DNA of 64,000 bases from Chamaesiphon sp. GTDB taxonomy: Bacteria > Cyanobacteriota > Cyanobacteriia > Cyanobacteriales > Chamaesiphonaceae. The DNA is taken from positions 1-64,000 of the forward strand of contig CBDFFH010000035.1 in the NCBI GenBank assembly GCA_965246715.1, read 5' to 3'. Below the pieces are notes generated by a model. The model did not search any database. It was not told the DNA's origin and saw only the letters and a list, made by a program, of their open reading frames with translations. Below, one piece after another: positions 1 to 10,350 of this stretch (position 1 is its first letter; every line of letters starts with the position of its first letter). The position numbers and the translations under genes were made by a program.

Positions 1-946
1 GACTCTGGGCATGAATGGCAATCGATCGGTCCCGATCTCCGTGCCCCTCGTTTTATCGCGTAATGGTAACGCAATTACCCTCAGTACCAAACTCTATCAC
101 CAAGGAATTCACAACCTTCAAACGCTCAAAGCCACAATTAGCCATAGCGAACAACAGATTACGCTAGGAATCGTGCATGAATGCTCGATGCATAACCTGA
201 TGCTGCGATACTGGCTGGCATCTGGCGGCATCGACCCTGACACCGATCTCAAGCTCGTCGTTATTCCCCCCCAGGAAATGGTCGCGGCAATGAAATCCGG
301 ATCGATCGACGGCTTCTGTGTCGGGGAACCTTGGAATACCCAAGCAGTGCGAGAAGGCGTTGGCTTTGTCATTGCTACCGACCTAGATATTTGGGCGGGC
401 AACCCCGAAAAAGTCCTCGGATTTACCGATGCCTGGGTACAACAGCACCCAAATACCCATATGGCGATCGTCCAAGCCATCCTCGAAGCCTGTGAATATT
501 GCGATGAACCCCGCCACCGGAAAGAGATTGTCAATCTCCTCTCCAAACACCTGAATCTACCCCCGCAATACCTCCAACCCGCCCTGATCGGGCCATTCGA
601 TCGCGGTGGCGATCGCGAACCCGAAACCCTCCCCCGCTACCACCAATTTCACGTCGAAAACGCCAACTGTCCCCGCCGGATCGAGGGACTATGGATTCTC
701 ACCCAGCTCGCGCGGTGGGGCATCGCGCCCTTCCCCAAAAATCGGGTCGAAATCCTCGATCGGGTGCGGCGGGTAGACCACTTTATTACCGCTTGCGAAC
801 GCCTTGGCTACGTCGGCATCGAACCCGATCGCGATCCCTTCCAACTCTTTGACGGACAAGTATTCAACCCCGATACCCCCCTCGCATACCTCACCAATCA
901 ACCAATCCGCCGCCGGATTGAAGTTAAGGAGATCGAACTCGATTGA
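1..946 (+). CDS. nrtC: Nitrate/bicarbonate ABC transporter ATP-binding subunit C, C-terminal solute-binding-like domain (5' end outside window)
   Basis: SMHNLMLRYWLASGGIDPD, GFCVGEPWN and QLARWG motifs typical of NrtC/CmpC C-terminal domains; followed by an NrtD-like ATPase. cmpC cannot be excluded. Confidence 0.75.
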   Translation, partial: TLGMNGNRSVPISVPLVLSRNGNAITLSTKLYHQGIHNLQTLKATISHSEQQITLGIVHECSMHNLMLRYWLASGGIDPDTDLKLVVIPPQEMVAAMKSGSIDGFCVGEPWNTQAVREGVGFVIATDLDIWAGNPEKVLGFTDAWVQQHPNTHMAIVQAILEACEYCDEPRHRKEIVNLLSKHLNLPPQYLQPALIGPFDRGGDREPETLPRYHQFHVENANCPRRIEGLWILTQLARWGIAPFPKNRVEILDRVRRVDHFITACERLGYVGIEPDRDPFQLFDGQVFNPDTPLAYLTNQPIRRRIEVKEIELD

Positions 947-1020
947 GTGGGACGGGCAGGATTTGGGTGAAATCTCGATGACAACTTACTTCGATCTCCT
1001 CAAACTGCCTCAACAGATCC

Positions 1021-1169
1021 CAATATTTCTCGGTGAAGAACTACTAGCGACTGAAGTCGCCGCTGGTGACGCAAAGTCCGCCTACGCGGACTGATTAACA
1101 GTTCTGGTCAAGAACATTGGTTCTGTGCCAGCAACGTTAACTAGTTTTTAGATCGATCGAGAAGTATTA
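1021..1169. mobile_element. Degenerate MITE of the CAATACTTCTCGG-end family
   Basis: Homologous to the reverse complement of 31496-31625; flanked by caacagatcc / ccacagatcc (9/10 match, likely TSD). Confidence 0.75.
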
Positions 1170-1220
1170 CCACAGATCCTTGTCACTGGCTAGTGAAAAC
1201 AATCCACAATCCACAATCCC

Positions 1221-2014
1221 ATGCCCACAATCTCCCCCTTTCTGACGATCGATCGAGTTACCAAAGTCTATCCCACCGCCCGAGGTCCTGCCACCATTCT
1301 CGATGGGATCGATCTCACCGTCGCTGAGGGTGAATTTATCTGTCTGATCGGACACTCCGGCTGCGGTAAATCTACCCTACTCAACATGGTATCCGGCTTC
1401 AATACTCCCACCAGCGGTAGCGTCAAGCTCCAAGACAGGCTGATTACCGAACCCGGCCCCGATCGGATGATGGTGTTCCAAAACTATTGTTTGCTGCCTT
1501 GCTCACTGCCTATGACAATATTTATTTGGCGGTGGATTCTGTCTATCCCTCCCACACCGAGGTGCAAAAGAAAGAAATCGTCCGCGAACACTTGGAGATG
1601 GTCGGACTGACCGAATCCGCCAATAAAAAGCCGACACAGCTTTCTGGGGGTATGAAACAACGCGTCGCGATCGCCCGTGCTCTAGCAATCAAACCTCAAG
1701 TCCTAATTCTCGACGAACCATTTGGCGCACTGGATGCCATTACCAAGGAGGAATTACAAGACGAACTCCTCGCAATTTGGCGCGAACATCGCGTCACCGT
1801 GCTGATGATTACTCACGATATCGATGAGGCATTATATCTGGCCGATCGATTGGTGATGATGACCAATGGCCCTGCGGCTAAAATTGGTGAAGTGCTCGAT
1901 ATCCCCTTCGATCGTCCGCGCAATCGCGAGAAAATTATGGATAGTGAAACCTATATCGACTTACGTAATTACGCGCTCGATTTTCTATTCAATCGTTATG
2001 CACATTTGGAATAA
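1221..2014 (+). pseudogene. nrtD: Nitrate ABC transporter ATPase NrtD, split by a 1-nt deletion near 1501
   Basis: Walker A GHSGCGKST lies in ORF 1221-1610; LSGGMKQR and ILDEPFGALD lie in ORF 1487-2014. Expected LLPWLT (cct tgg ctc) reads cct tg ctc. Confidence 0.8.
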
Positions 2015-2152
2015 CCGATCGGTGAGAGCGCAACTGGTAAAAACATTCAAAAAGACAGCATAACGTCATAGAGGTAATACTTTCTCTGCCTATCTGTGTA
2101 GATTTCGATCTCATAGTGGCGACGACAATTACCTCTAGATTAAAATTAGAGG

Positions 2153-2956
2153 ATGGTCAAAATTCTCGCGATCGATCGCCATCCCATTCATCAAATTCCT
2201 TTTCAATGTGCCAGCTTAGGTAAGCGAGGTGTCACTAATTTAACCTTACCAATTTATCTTGGGACGGTCGATCGATTGCCGTCAAATCTTGGTGCGATTG
2301 TCGTCACTAGCGATCTTCAAGGTATCGATCCAGCAACCAATCAGTTGATGGGGCATCGCGTCGCTGCAGAATTAGAAGCATTGAGCGATGGTCTCGATGG
2401 CCTTCCCAATTCGCTCCAAACTGGGGTAATTTTGGCTGGCGACCTTTATGCAACATTGACACGTCGAGGTGGCTTAGGAGACGTGCGATCGATCTGGCAA
2501 GATTTTCAGCGGCGCTTTCGATGGGTGGCTGGTGTGGCAGGCAATCATGACAGTTTTGGGAAGACTCCAGCCGAGTTTGATGAATTTAACAACATCGCTA
2601 ATCTTTACCATCTTGACGGTCGCAGCGTCCGAGTTGACGAACTCGATCTAGCAGGTATTTCGGGCTTGATTAGCAACAAACAAAAACAATTTTGCCGTCC
2701 GCAAAATGCTTATCAAAAGTTAATTAGGGAATTATTAGATCGATCGCCTGATATCTTGATTTTACATGAAGGCCCTAGTGCTTTAGAGCAAAATCTCCGG
2801 GGGAATGACTCGATCCGCGCTGAATTAATCGATCGACCATCGCTCCTAACTATTTGTGGTCATGTCTATTGGAAAGACCCCGTAGCCAATCTACCGCAAG
2901 GCGGTCAGGTCTTAAATGTTGATAGCCGCGTGGTGATTTTAGTTGCAGCTAGTTAA
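2153..2956 (+). CDS. Calcineurin-like metallophosphoesterase
   Basis: SDLQG, AGDL, AGNHD, LHEGP and CGHV motifs. Confidence 0.85.
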   Translation: MVKILAIDRHPIHQIPFQCASLGKRGVTNLTLPIYLGTVDRLPSNLGAIVVTSDLQGIDPATNQLMGHRVAAELEALSDGLDGLPNSLQTGVILAGDLYATLTRRGGLGDVRSIWQDFQRRFRWVAGVAGNHDSFGKTPAEFDEFNNIANLYHLDGRSVRVDELDLAGISGLISNKQKQFCRPQNAYQKLIRELLDRSPDILILHEGPSALEQNLRGNDSIRAELIDRPSLLTICGHVYWKDPVANLPQGGQVLNVDSRVVILVAAS

Positions 2957-3023
2957 CTCTCTTCTGCCACTTTCCGGGTTTCGGTACCGAGCTATTAATT
3001 ATATAAATCGAGTATAAACCAAG

Positions 3024-4115
3024 ATGCAACGTTTAGAAGTAGAACCACGTACTATCTTAATCGGCTTAGCAGGTAGCCACGGCTACGGTTTGAGTCGTCC
3101 CGAATCAGACTATGACTACCGAGGCGTATTTATTGCCCCCAAGAAATACTACTTAGGCTTCGATAAAGTCGAGCAAAAAGAGGCTGGCTGGGATAGCGAA
3201 CCAGGAATATTTGATTTCCTCAACGGACAGAAAGACACCGTAATTTACGAACTCAAGAAATTTATCCAACTATTAGCTGGAGCCAACCCCAATATCCTCG
3301 AGCTGCTGTGGCTCAAGCAGTATCCCGTCAAAACCGAAGTCGGCGAATATTTGATTCAACACCGTCAAATGTTCTTGAGCAAGCGAGTCAAACATACTTA
3401 TTCCGGCTACGCATTTGCACAGATCAAAAAAATCGAATCGCATCGAAAATGGTTGCTAAATCCACCCCAGGAAAAACCCACGCCTGAAAAGTTTGGACTA
3501 GCAGCAGAACGTCCATTAAATAAGGAAGAATTAAATGCTTTCCTCGAATATTTATATGCGCTAGTGCGCAGTAAAATTGAGTATTTAGCTGAGGCTGAAG
3601 AACTGCATCAATTATTGACTGGCGATATCGATTATAAGGGACTATTAAAACAACACAACCTTACCGATGAGGTATTGGAATACACCCAGAATCTCACGAA
3701 TAGTCGTGGCGACTTTATCAAATTACTCCAAAAAAGCCAACACTATCAAAATGCCTTGCGTGAATGGAATGCTTACCAATCTTGGCAAACAAATCGCAAT
3801 CCTACCCGTGCGGGGATGGAACAAAAATCAGGCTTCGATCTCAAACATGCGATGCACTGCATCCGGTTGTTACGCAGCGGCTTAGAGATTTTGCAAACTG
3901 GGGAAGTTTGTGTCGATCGCAATGACGCTGGCGATGCTGATGAGTTAAAAGCCATCATTCATGGTGACTTAACTTACGAGCAAGTGACTAAATTATCCGA
4001 TAGTTTGGTCGCCGAACTCGATCGAGCTTACGATCTTTCCACCCTCCCCCACCACCCCGATTTACCAGCCATCAATCAACTGTGTATCGAATTAGTCGAA
4101 CAACAAGGTTGGTAA
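3024..4115 (+). CDS. DNA polymerase-beta superfamily nucleotidyltransferase (RlaP/YcgL-like)
   Basis: GSHGYGLSRPESDYDYRGVF (hGS...SDxD) motif, NPNILE, and C-terminal KHAMHCIRLL. Confidence 0.85.
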   Translation: MQRLEVEPRTILIGLAGSHGYGLSRPESDYDYRGVFIAPKKYYLGFDKVEQKEAGWDSEPGIFDFLNGQKDTVIYELKKFIQLLAGANPNILELLWLKQYPVKTEVGEYLIQHRQMFLSKRVKHTYSGYAFAQIKKIESHRKWLLNPPQEKPTPEKFGLAAERPLNKEELNAFLEYLYALVRSKIEYLAEAEELHQLLTGDIDYKGLLKQHNLTDEVLEYTQNLTNSRGDFIKLLQKSQHYQNALREWNAYQSWQTNRNPTRAGMEQKSGFDLKHAMHCIRLLRSGLEILQTGEVCVDRNDAGDADELKAIIHGDLTYEQVTKLSDSLVAELDRAYDLSTLPHHPDLPAINQLCIELVEQQGW

Positions 4116-4146
4116 ATATCGATATATTGTAATTTTGGAATAATTA

Positions 4147-4635
4147 ATGCTGACAATTCGCCCCACACAAGAAAAAGATATCGATGCTATTTTTGAGCTG
4201 ATTTTGGGCTTGGCAAAATACGAGCAGCTAATCGATAAGGTGACTGGATCTCCAGATTTACTTCGATCGCATTTATTTGGCGATAAACCCTATGCAGAAG
4301 CAATCGTCGCCGAACTAGCAGATCGCGTAATTGGCTATGCCCTATTCTTCCATACCTACTCGACGTTCCTCACCCAACCCGGACTCTATCTCGAAGATGT
4401 GTTCGTTTCGCCTGAATATCGCCGTCAGGGAGTGGGAACAGCGTTGATTGCCTCTGTTGCCAAGATTGCATTCGATCGGGGTTGTGGGCGGTTAGAGTGG
4501 TCGGTGTTGGAGTGGAATCAAAACGCGATCGAGTTTTATCAAAGCTTGGGGGCGACTGTTTTACCAGAATGGCGGATTTGTCGGATGACTGTGGATACAC
4601 TGGCACAGATTGCCCACAAGTCTCCAGTCGAGTAA
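4147..4635 (+). CDS. GNAT N-acetyltransferase (diamine acetyltransferase-like)
   Basis: LYLEDVFV, RRQGVG, LEWSVLEWN and AIEFY motifs. Confidence 0.85.
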   Translation: MLTIRPTQEKDIDAIFELILGLAKYEQLIDKVTGSPDLLRSHLFGDKPYAEAIVAELADRVIGYALFFHTYSTFLTQPGLYLEDVFVSPEYRRQGVGTALIASVAKIAFDRGCGRLEWSVLEWNQNAIEFYQSLGATVLPEWRICRMTVDTLAQIAHKSPVE

Positions 4636-4752
4636 CGAAATTATTGCCAAACTCAAGGAAATATGACTAAATCCGAACTGTAGCTTGAAATACATTTGCC
4701 AATTAGCCGATAATACGAACGTAGGAGCACGATCTAGAGGGGTAAGTATTTT

Positions 4753-4962
4753 ATGCTAACAATCTGGGTAAACGAACAGCTAGATCCGGGCGGTTTGATG
4801 TATTCCTGCATCGCATCTTGCAGCGAAGAACTAGCTAAAGAATGTCATGAATCTTTTAAAGAAAATTTGACCGCCGAGCAAAAACAGCTCGGTTGGATTG
4901 CCAGGCTGCGGACGGTGACGGATTGGGAGCAGGTGCCAGTGAATTCGTTGAATCTGGGATAG
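4753..4962 (+). CDS. Small conserved cyanobacterial protein (TIWVNEQ family), function unknown
   Basis: 69-aa ORF resembling a widespread cyanobacterial small protein; purine-rich sequence upstream. Confidence 0.7.
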   Translation: MLTIWVNEQLDPGGLMYSCIASCSEELAKECHESFKENLTAEQKQLGWIARLRTVTDWEQVPVNSLNLG

Positions 4963-4986
4963 TGAGTAGTGAACAGTGAACAGTGA

Positions 4987-5047
4987 GCAGTCAATTGAAA
5001 AACCGACTACTTTATCTAGTAAAGTGGTCGGTTTTTCAATTGACTGC
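4987..5047. terminator. Long hairpin (about 29-bp arms) between convergent genes, probable bidirectional terminator
   Basis: gcagtcaattgaaaaaccgactacttta ... taaagtggtcggtttttcaattgactgc. Confidence 0.65.
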
Positions 5048-5071
5048 GACAAAGTACAGAGTCCCTAGCTA

Positions 5072-5218
5072 ACGTGAGTTCGGGATAAGAAATGCCTGGA
5101 GACTGGAAGTCTCGGCTCATGATGCAAAGTCCGCGTAGGCGGACTTTGTAATACTAGCCCCGATTTCAATCGGCGGCGGGACTCGAAATAATCAAATATC
5201 CTTAACCCGAACTCACGT
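5072..5218. mobile_element. MITE, ACGTGAGTTCGGG-end family, 6-bp TSD TAGCTA
   Basis: Terminal inverted repeats acgtgagttcggg / cccgaactcacgt; tagcta at 5066-5071 and 5219-5224. Confidence 0.85.
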
Positions 5219-5256
5219 TAGCTAACTGTTAGTTGTTCGCTGTTCACTGTCCCAAA

Positions 5257-5964
5257 TTACTCAGTTTTCGTATCGCGCAGGCTGCTGATGTTAACTTCGA
5301 TCGATGGCCCCATCGTAGCGGAGACGTACATCGTGCGCCAGAAGCGACCTTTAGCACCAGCAGGACGGTTACGATCGATGCTCTCTTGGAACGCCTTGAG
5401 ATTGAGTAACAAGTCTTCTGGTTCAAAGTTAGCCTTCCCGAACAGGATGTGGACGATCCCAGATCGATCGGCACGATACTCTAGTTTACCAGCCTTGAAC
5501 TCGGCGATCGCCGCACCCAAGTCGGTGGCAACAGTACCAGCCTTGGGAGAGGGCATCAAACCGCGTGGGCCGAGGACTTTACCTAGTTTAGCGATTTGGG
5601 GCATCATGTCGGGAGTGGCGATGAGGAGGTCGAAATCCATCATCCCGCCTTGGATTTCGGCGATCAATTCTTCCGAACCGGACATATCAGCACCAGCAGC
5701 AGCAGCTTCAGCTACTTTTTCACCACGAGCGATGACGGCAATCCGGATGGTTTGTCCGGTACCTTTGGGTAAAGCTACGGTCGTCCGTAATTGTTGGTCG
5801 GTATACTTAGGGTCGATTCCTAAGCGGACGTGAACTTCAGCGGATTCAGCAAATTTAGCAGTCGCAGTTTCTTTGAGCAGCGTTAATGCTTCGAGTGGCT
5901 CGTAAGCGCGGGCTTCGATCTTTTTAGCTAATTCTTGATAGCGACGGGAATACTTTTTGGTCAT
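5257..5964 (-). CDS. rplA: 50S ribosomal protein L1
   Basis: [16 protein letters not shown] and [15 protein letters not shown]; downstream of rplK. Confidence 0.98.
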   Translation of the reverse strand: MTKKYSRRYQELAKKIEARAYEPLEALTLLKETATAKFAESAEVHVRLGIDPKYTDQQLRTTVALPKGTGQTIRIAVIARGEKVAEAAAAGADMSGSEELIAEIQGGMMDFDLLIATPDMMPQIAKLGKVLGPRGLMPSPKAGTVATDLGAAIAEFKAGKLEYRADRSGIVHILFGKANFEPEDLLLNLKAFQESIDRNRPAGAKGRFWRTMYVSATMGPSIEVNISSLRDTKTE

Positions 5965-5972
5965 GATTGCTC

Positions 5973-6007
5973 CTGGGGTAACTGGCGAGGTCTAACCTCT
6001 CCCCCAA
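5973..6007 (-). promoter_or_regulatory. Ribosomal protein L1-binding mRNA element overlapping the rplA RBS
   Basis: Minus strand reads GGGGGAG-AGG-TTAGA-CCT-CGCCAGTTA-CCCC-AGGAG, the two-helix asymmetric-loop L1 site architecture. Confidence 0.7.
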
Positions 6008-6025
6008 ATAAAGGTGGATAAAAAA

Positions 6026-6451
6026 CTAGTCAACGATCGCAACGCCCATGTTTTTGGCTGTGCCAGCAACGATTTTCATCGCTGCATCAATGTCGTTGGC
6101 ATTGAGGTCGGGTAATTTGATTTGGGCGATTTCTTGCAATTGCGCCGTGGTAATTTGACCGACTTTTTTCTTGTTAGGTTCGTTGGAACCTGTTTCGATT
6201 TTAGCGGCTTTTTTGATCAAGACCGAAGCGGGGGGAGTCTTCAGCACGAAGGTAAAACTGCGATCTTCAAAGATCGAAATTTCAACAGGGATGACCGTTC
6301 CGGTTTGCTCGGCAGTTTTGGCATTATATTCTTTGCAGAATGCCATGATGTTCACACCATGTTGACCCAAGGCAGGGCCGACTGGAGGTGCGGGGTTAGC
6401 TTTACCAGCATTTAGTGCTAGCTTGACGATTGCGACTACTTTCTTTGCCAT
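6026..6451 (-). CDS. rplK: 50S ribosomal protein L11
   Basis: [22 protein letters not shown] motif. Confidence 0.98.
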   Translation of the reverse strand: MAKKVVAIVKLALNAGKANPAPPVGPALGQHGVNIMAFCKEYNAKTAEQTGTVIPVEISIFEDRSFTFVLKTPPASVLIKKAAKIETGSNEPNKKKVGQITTAQLQEIAQIKLPDLNANDIDAAMKIVAGTAKNMGVAIVD

Positions 6452-6465
6452 TAGATGTGTGTATT

Positions 6466-7101
6466 TTAGCCCTGTTTCTGGACTTGGTTAAATTCGAGTT
6501 CGACGGGTGTATCTCTACCAAAGATAGAGAGTAAGGCTTTGAGCTTGCTCCGTTCGGGGCTAACTTCAACGACCTCACCTGCAAAGTCCTTAAAGGGACC
6601 AGACAGAACTACTATTTTATCGCCTTCGGTCAGATCTGTCTTCACTACTGGCTCTTGTTCGAGCGCTTGTTTGAAAATTCGATCTGCTTCACCGCGCGAT
6701 AGCGGTAAAGGCTTGACGTGTCCGCGTCCGCGTCCGTAGCCGCGTTTTTGCTCGGAACCGACGAAATTAATCACGTTGGGGGTATTTTTGACTACCTGCC
6801 ATGCATCATCATCCATCGACATGCTCACTAGGACATAGCCGGGAAAAACTTTTTCTTCGGCGGGTGTCTTGGTGCCATCTTTTTTGAGCCGGATGGTTGG
6901 CGTTTGGGGAATCTCGATTTGGTAGATCCGTTCGCCCATCCCAAACGAGTGAATCCGTTGGGTCAAGTCGATTTTTACCCGATTTTCACAGCCAGATGCG
7001 ACTTGGACTGCATACCAGCGAGCTGGTTCCTTGGCTGCTTTCGTACGACCTTCTTGCTCTTCGAGATCGTCATCTTCTGATTCATCTGAGAGATAACTCA
7101 T
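6466..7101 (-). CDS. nusG: Transcription termination/antitermination factor NusG
   Basis: [16 protein letters not shown] and KOW domain ending [11 protein letters not shown]. Confidence 0.97.
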   Translation of the reverse strand: MSYLSDESEDDDLEEQEGRTKAAKEPARWYAVQVASGCENRVKIDLTQRIHSFGMGERIYQIEIPQTPTIRLKKDGTKTPAEEKVFPGYVLVSMSMDDDAWQVVKNTPNVINFVGSEQKRGYGRGRGHVKPLPLSRGEADRIFKQALEQEPVVKTDLTEGDKIVVLSGPFKDFAGEVVEVSPERSKLKALLSIFGRDTPVELEFNQVQKQG

Positions 7102-7337
7102 ACAAACACCTTACTAGCCGCCCAACTAAAGAGGTTATTGACCAAATAAATGACCGTAGCTGATAAAGATACCATCGCAATTACAGCTAATGATTCGCTA
7201 ATCAATTGCTGACGACTGGGCCAGATTACTTTGGTTAGCTCGGCTTTGCTGTCTTGGACGAGTTGAACTGGATTAAAGCCAGATCCTGAGTCGGCAATTG
7301 TGCCGCTGGTTTTAAGTGATTCGGTTTTTTTGACCAT
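7098..7337 (-). CDS. secE: Preprotein translocase subunit SecE
   Basis: ELTKVIWPSR motif plus one TM helix; directly upstream of nusG. Confidence 0.93.
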   Translation of the reverse strand: MVKKTESLKTSGTIADSGSGFNPVQLVQDSKAELTKVIWPSRQQLISESLAVIAMVSLSATVIYLVNNLFSWAASKVFV

Positions 7338-7854
7338 TAGCTCCGGCTCCCCTGTACACAATGGAGTATGAGGTTTGCATTTTTAGATGTACAAATTACC
7401 AGTTTACCTGAAATGTTTCGCCCTTGCTTGTGGAAACTTTAACATCAGCGTACTTGCCAAAAGTGATGTCGATCGCTGTCGATGAGACCATCGCTAGCAA
7501 CTTAACAATCGATCGCAACTAATTATCAATTTTTGCAGATTTCTTGTCGATCGGGCGATCCCCCGATTTTTGGCTTGGTTGCTGACTTGTAGTATTTGTC
7601 TGTACGTAAATCCACGGACTTGCAAAAAGCCACCGAAAATTAATTCCGTAGATCGACGCTGTTGGCGATCGGGTCGCATGAAGAACAATGTAGCAGTGGA
7701 GAGAAACAAGTGGAGAAATCCACACCTCAAACGCCCTCTTTCACTGGTTACCTAACTTTCGATCCTTCGCACCGCTCCGATCTGATTATTCCCACATAAA
7801 TGGTAAATCGATCGTTCACCCCGCATCTATCTAAAACATAAGGTTCTTTAAACG

Positions 7855-8637
7855 ATGGCTACTCAGGCTTCCGCTCATTCCGAATCGATGTCCTTATTGA
7901 TTGATTATTATCAGCAGCCTAGCGTTAAAGTCCGAAATAAGTTAGTTTTACTCAATGCTGGTCTGGTCAGACAGATCGCTCATCGCATCGGTCGTCAATG
8001 TGCGGAACCATATCAAGATTTGGAACAAATCGGTTATTTAGGCTTGATTCGGGCGATCGAACGTTTTAATCCCTACCAAGGTTGTGCGTTTAGCTCGTTT
8101 GCTGTGCCATACATTAGAGGCGAAGTCCTCCATTTCCTCCGCGACAAGAGCAGCGTCTTGAAAATTCCTCGTCGCTGGCAAGAACTCCAGAAAGAAGGCG
8201 AGAAAGTCCGCCAACAACTGACAGCTAAATTAGGTAGAAAACCTCGCGATGAAGAAATCGCTGGCGTGCTGAACGTTTCTGTCAGCGAATGGCGTGAGAC
8301 TCAAGCCGCCGAGCACAATCGCCAAGCACTCAGCTTAGATGCTACCGTCGGACAAATGTTAGATTGCCCAGTAACGTTGGGCGATAGTTTGCCCGATACT
8401 AGAGAACAACAGCGCCAATATATCGAAGAAGAACGGCAACAACTCGAAGGTGCGATCTCCGAACTCGAAGTCAAGACCAAACAAGCGATCGAATTTGTCT
8501 ATATCAAAGGTCTCCCCCGTAAGGAAGCAGCCAAACGTATCGGTGTCAGCCCCATGACCGTTACCCGCCACCTCCAACGCGGTGTCAAACAATTATCTAC
8601 GCTGCTACATCCTGAAGAAGAAATCGCGATGAGCTAA
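7855..8637 (+). CDS. sigF: RNA polymerase group 3 sigma factor SigF
   Basis: DLEQIGYLGLIRAIERF, FSSFAVPYIRGE and C-terminal HTH GVSPMTV. Confidence 0.92.
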   Translation: MATQASAHSESMSLLIDYYQQPSVKVRNKLVLLNAGLVRQIAHRIGRQCAEPYQDLEQIGYLGLIRAIERFNPYQGCAFSSFAVPYIRGEVLHFLRDKSSVLKIPRRWQELQKEGEKVRQQLTAKLGRKPRDEEIAGVLNVSVSEWRETQAAEHNRQALSLDATVGQMLDCPVTLGDSLPDTREQQRQYIEEERQQLEGAISELEVKTKQAIEFVYIKGLPRKEAAKRIGVSPMTVTRHLQRGVKQLSTLLHPEEEIAMS

Positions 8638-8705
8638 GGCACTTGAGACACTTGACGACTAAATACGGTGTCGCGGCTACATTATCAAATTCAGGAACTT
8701 AAACT

Positions 8706-8733
8706 AAAAGTGAGGAGCATTCCTCACTTTTTT
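8706..8733 (+). terminator. Rho-independent terminator after sigF
   Basis: aaaagtgagga-gcat-tcctcactttt hairpin with T tract. Confidence 0.7.
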
Positions 8734-8741
8734 GTTGGATA

Positions 8742-8984
8742 GCCTCAGTTCGGGTTAAGAATATTTACTTCGATCGATGATTACTAGCTTCGTTTCTGCA
8801 CCGCCCTCAAATAAATTTGGGGCTAATAGCAAAAGTTCGTTAAAACGAACTAATAAATTTGGTAGTTCTCTGAAGAGAACTTGAGCTATTAGCCCGTTGG
8901 CGTAGCCTCTCCGTTAGGAGACACTTCTAGTTCAGGGCGGTGCTAGATCGGAGCAAATCAATTTTCCTTATCCCGAACTGAGGT
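8742..8984. mobile_element. MITE, ACGTGAGTTCGGG-end family variant (gcctcagttcggg...cccgaactgaggt), TSD not conserved
   Basis: Same internal multi-hairpin cargo as 34882, 59009 and 61764, in opposite orientation. Confidence 0.8.
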
Positions 8985-9163
8985 TATTTACTTCGATCGA
9001 TGTCTCCAAATTACGCGATCGATCTTGTTTGGTGGGAAATTGAAGAGCCACCAGATCGAGTCAAGAATTTATCCCCAGCTTGTGCGTTGTCAGATGCAAT
9101 GTCAATTACTGGAATATTTGCTAATCAAACCTAGCTGAAGTAAAAATTTGAGTCTATAATATC

Positions 9164-9598
9164 ATGAAAGAAGAAATAATTACATGGGAATGGAGTCCAC
9201 TCGTTTCGATTGGATCTTTGAAATTTGGTGAATCTATAGATCCCGTTATTTCTAAATTCGATCTATACAAATTAGATAAACCATTTGAAGAAGCTGATTG
9301 GGATTCCTATGAATTTCCAAATCGTGACAAAAGAGTATACGCCGAAGATGGCCATATTACTATTATTGGCTGCTTTGATGACCTTTATTATGAAGGAAAA
9401 GATTTATTTGGTTTGACACTGGATGAAATTAGGTCTCTTCTTGGAGAAGAAGACGAGATTGGAGAAACCGTATTATTTGATTTTGAAGATGGTGAATATG
9501 ATAAAACTCCTGTGGAGTTTTATAAATATGGCTTGCAAATTTGGCTTAGAGATGGAATGGTTGAAAGTGCAATGATTTCAGGAGCGATTGATGAATAA
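9164..9598 (+). CDS. Acidic hypothetical protein, AT-rich, possibly an orphan immunity protein
   Basis: 144-aa ORF with AT-rich composition unlike its neighbours; function is a guess. Confidence 0.6.
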   Translation: MKEEIITWEWSPLVSIGSLKFGESIDPVISKFDLYKLDKPFEEADWDSYEFPNRDKRVYAEDGHITIIGCFDDLYYEGKDLFGLTLDEIRSLLGEEDEIGETVLFDFEDGEYDKTPVEFYKYGLQIWLRDGMVESAMISGAIDE

Positions 9599-9951
9599 AA
9601 AGACATATTTAGATGTTGTTTTATAGAATGGCAGTGCCTAGCATGTTCATTTTGACACCCTAGACAGGGCAAGGGTTCATGCAGTTTTGTAGGGTGGGCA
9701 TTGCCCACAGACTCATACTAGGTTTCACCCTCAAATTTTCCAATTACTCGATCGAGATCGATATTATACTCGAGCGTTATTATCCAAGTAGAACGCTAAG
9801 ATCGTGGACGATCGTGAGTCTGAGTAATTTCACGATCGAACATTGTAGATATATTTAATTCGATCGCCCTTTTTATGGTGAGGAGTAGAGTCGATCGATC
9901 GCACCATCGGGCTGCTTTATGTTAGAGCCGATTTTATCAACTATCGAGCGA

Positions 9952-10293
9952 CTATTCACTACTCTTTGGCGACACCCAGAATCGATAGACCAGATATAAA
10001 ATTGTTGCTAAAATCGAGAGCGTAATCAACGAAGTAACGAGTTGAAAAACTGTTTTGATCAGCGTCAGGCTCAATAATCCACCAGCCGCGATCGCCAGCA
10101 GCTTACCGCTAGAAGGAATATCATTAAACCAAGCAACAAATTGCTGGTAGCTGTGCTTGATGGCATCCATCCCCAAGCCAGCCGCATCCACATCGATTTC
10201 ATTGAGCGGCTCGGTAGTAGCTGAAGATCGATCGAGGTCGATTTTCAGCTCTCGCAAGCGTTGTTGCCAATTTCTAGGGTCTGGGAAAGCCAT
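9952..10293 (-). CDS. Hypothetical membrane protein
   Basis: Two C-terminal hydrophobic helices; co-oriented with 10351-10719. Confidence 0.7.
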   Translation of the reverse strand: MAFPDPRNWQQRLRELKIDLDRSSATTEPLNEIDVDAAGLGMDAIKHSYQQFVAWFNDIPSSGKLLAIAAGGLLSLTLIKTVFQLVTSLITLSILATILYLVYRFWVSPKSSE

Positions 10294-10350
10294 CTAAATT
10301 ATGAATTTTGAATTATGAGTTATAAAGTACTATTCGCTAGCCACTAGCCA

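Noticed and set aside
5288..5833. 181-aa ORF opposite rplA and similar antisense ORFs over housekeeping genes
   Set aside because: Fully overlap well-supported genes on the other strand.
7340..7850. tRNA-Trp expected upstream of secE; ORFs 7494-7755
   Set aside because: No cloverleaf or T-loop motif seen; the short ORFs lack recognisable features and lie in a divergent promoter region.
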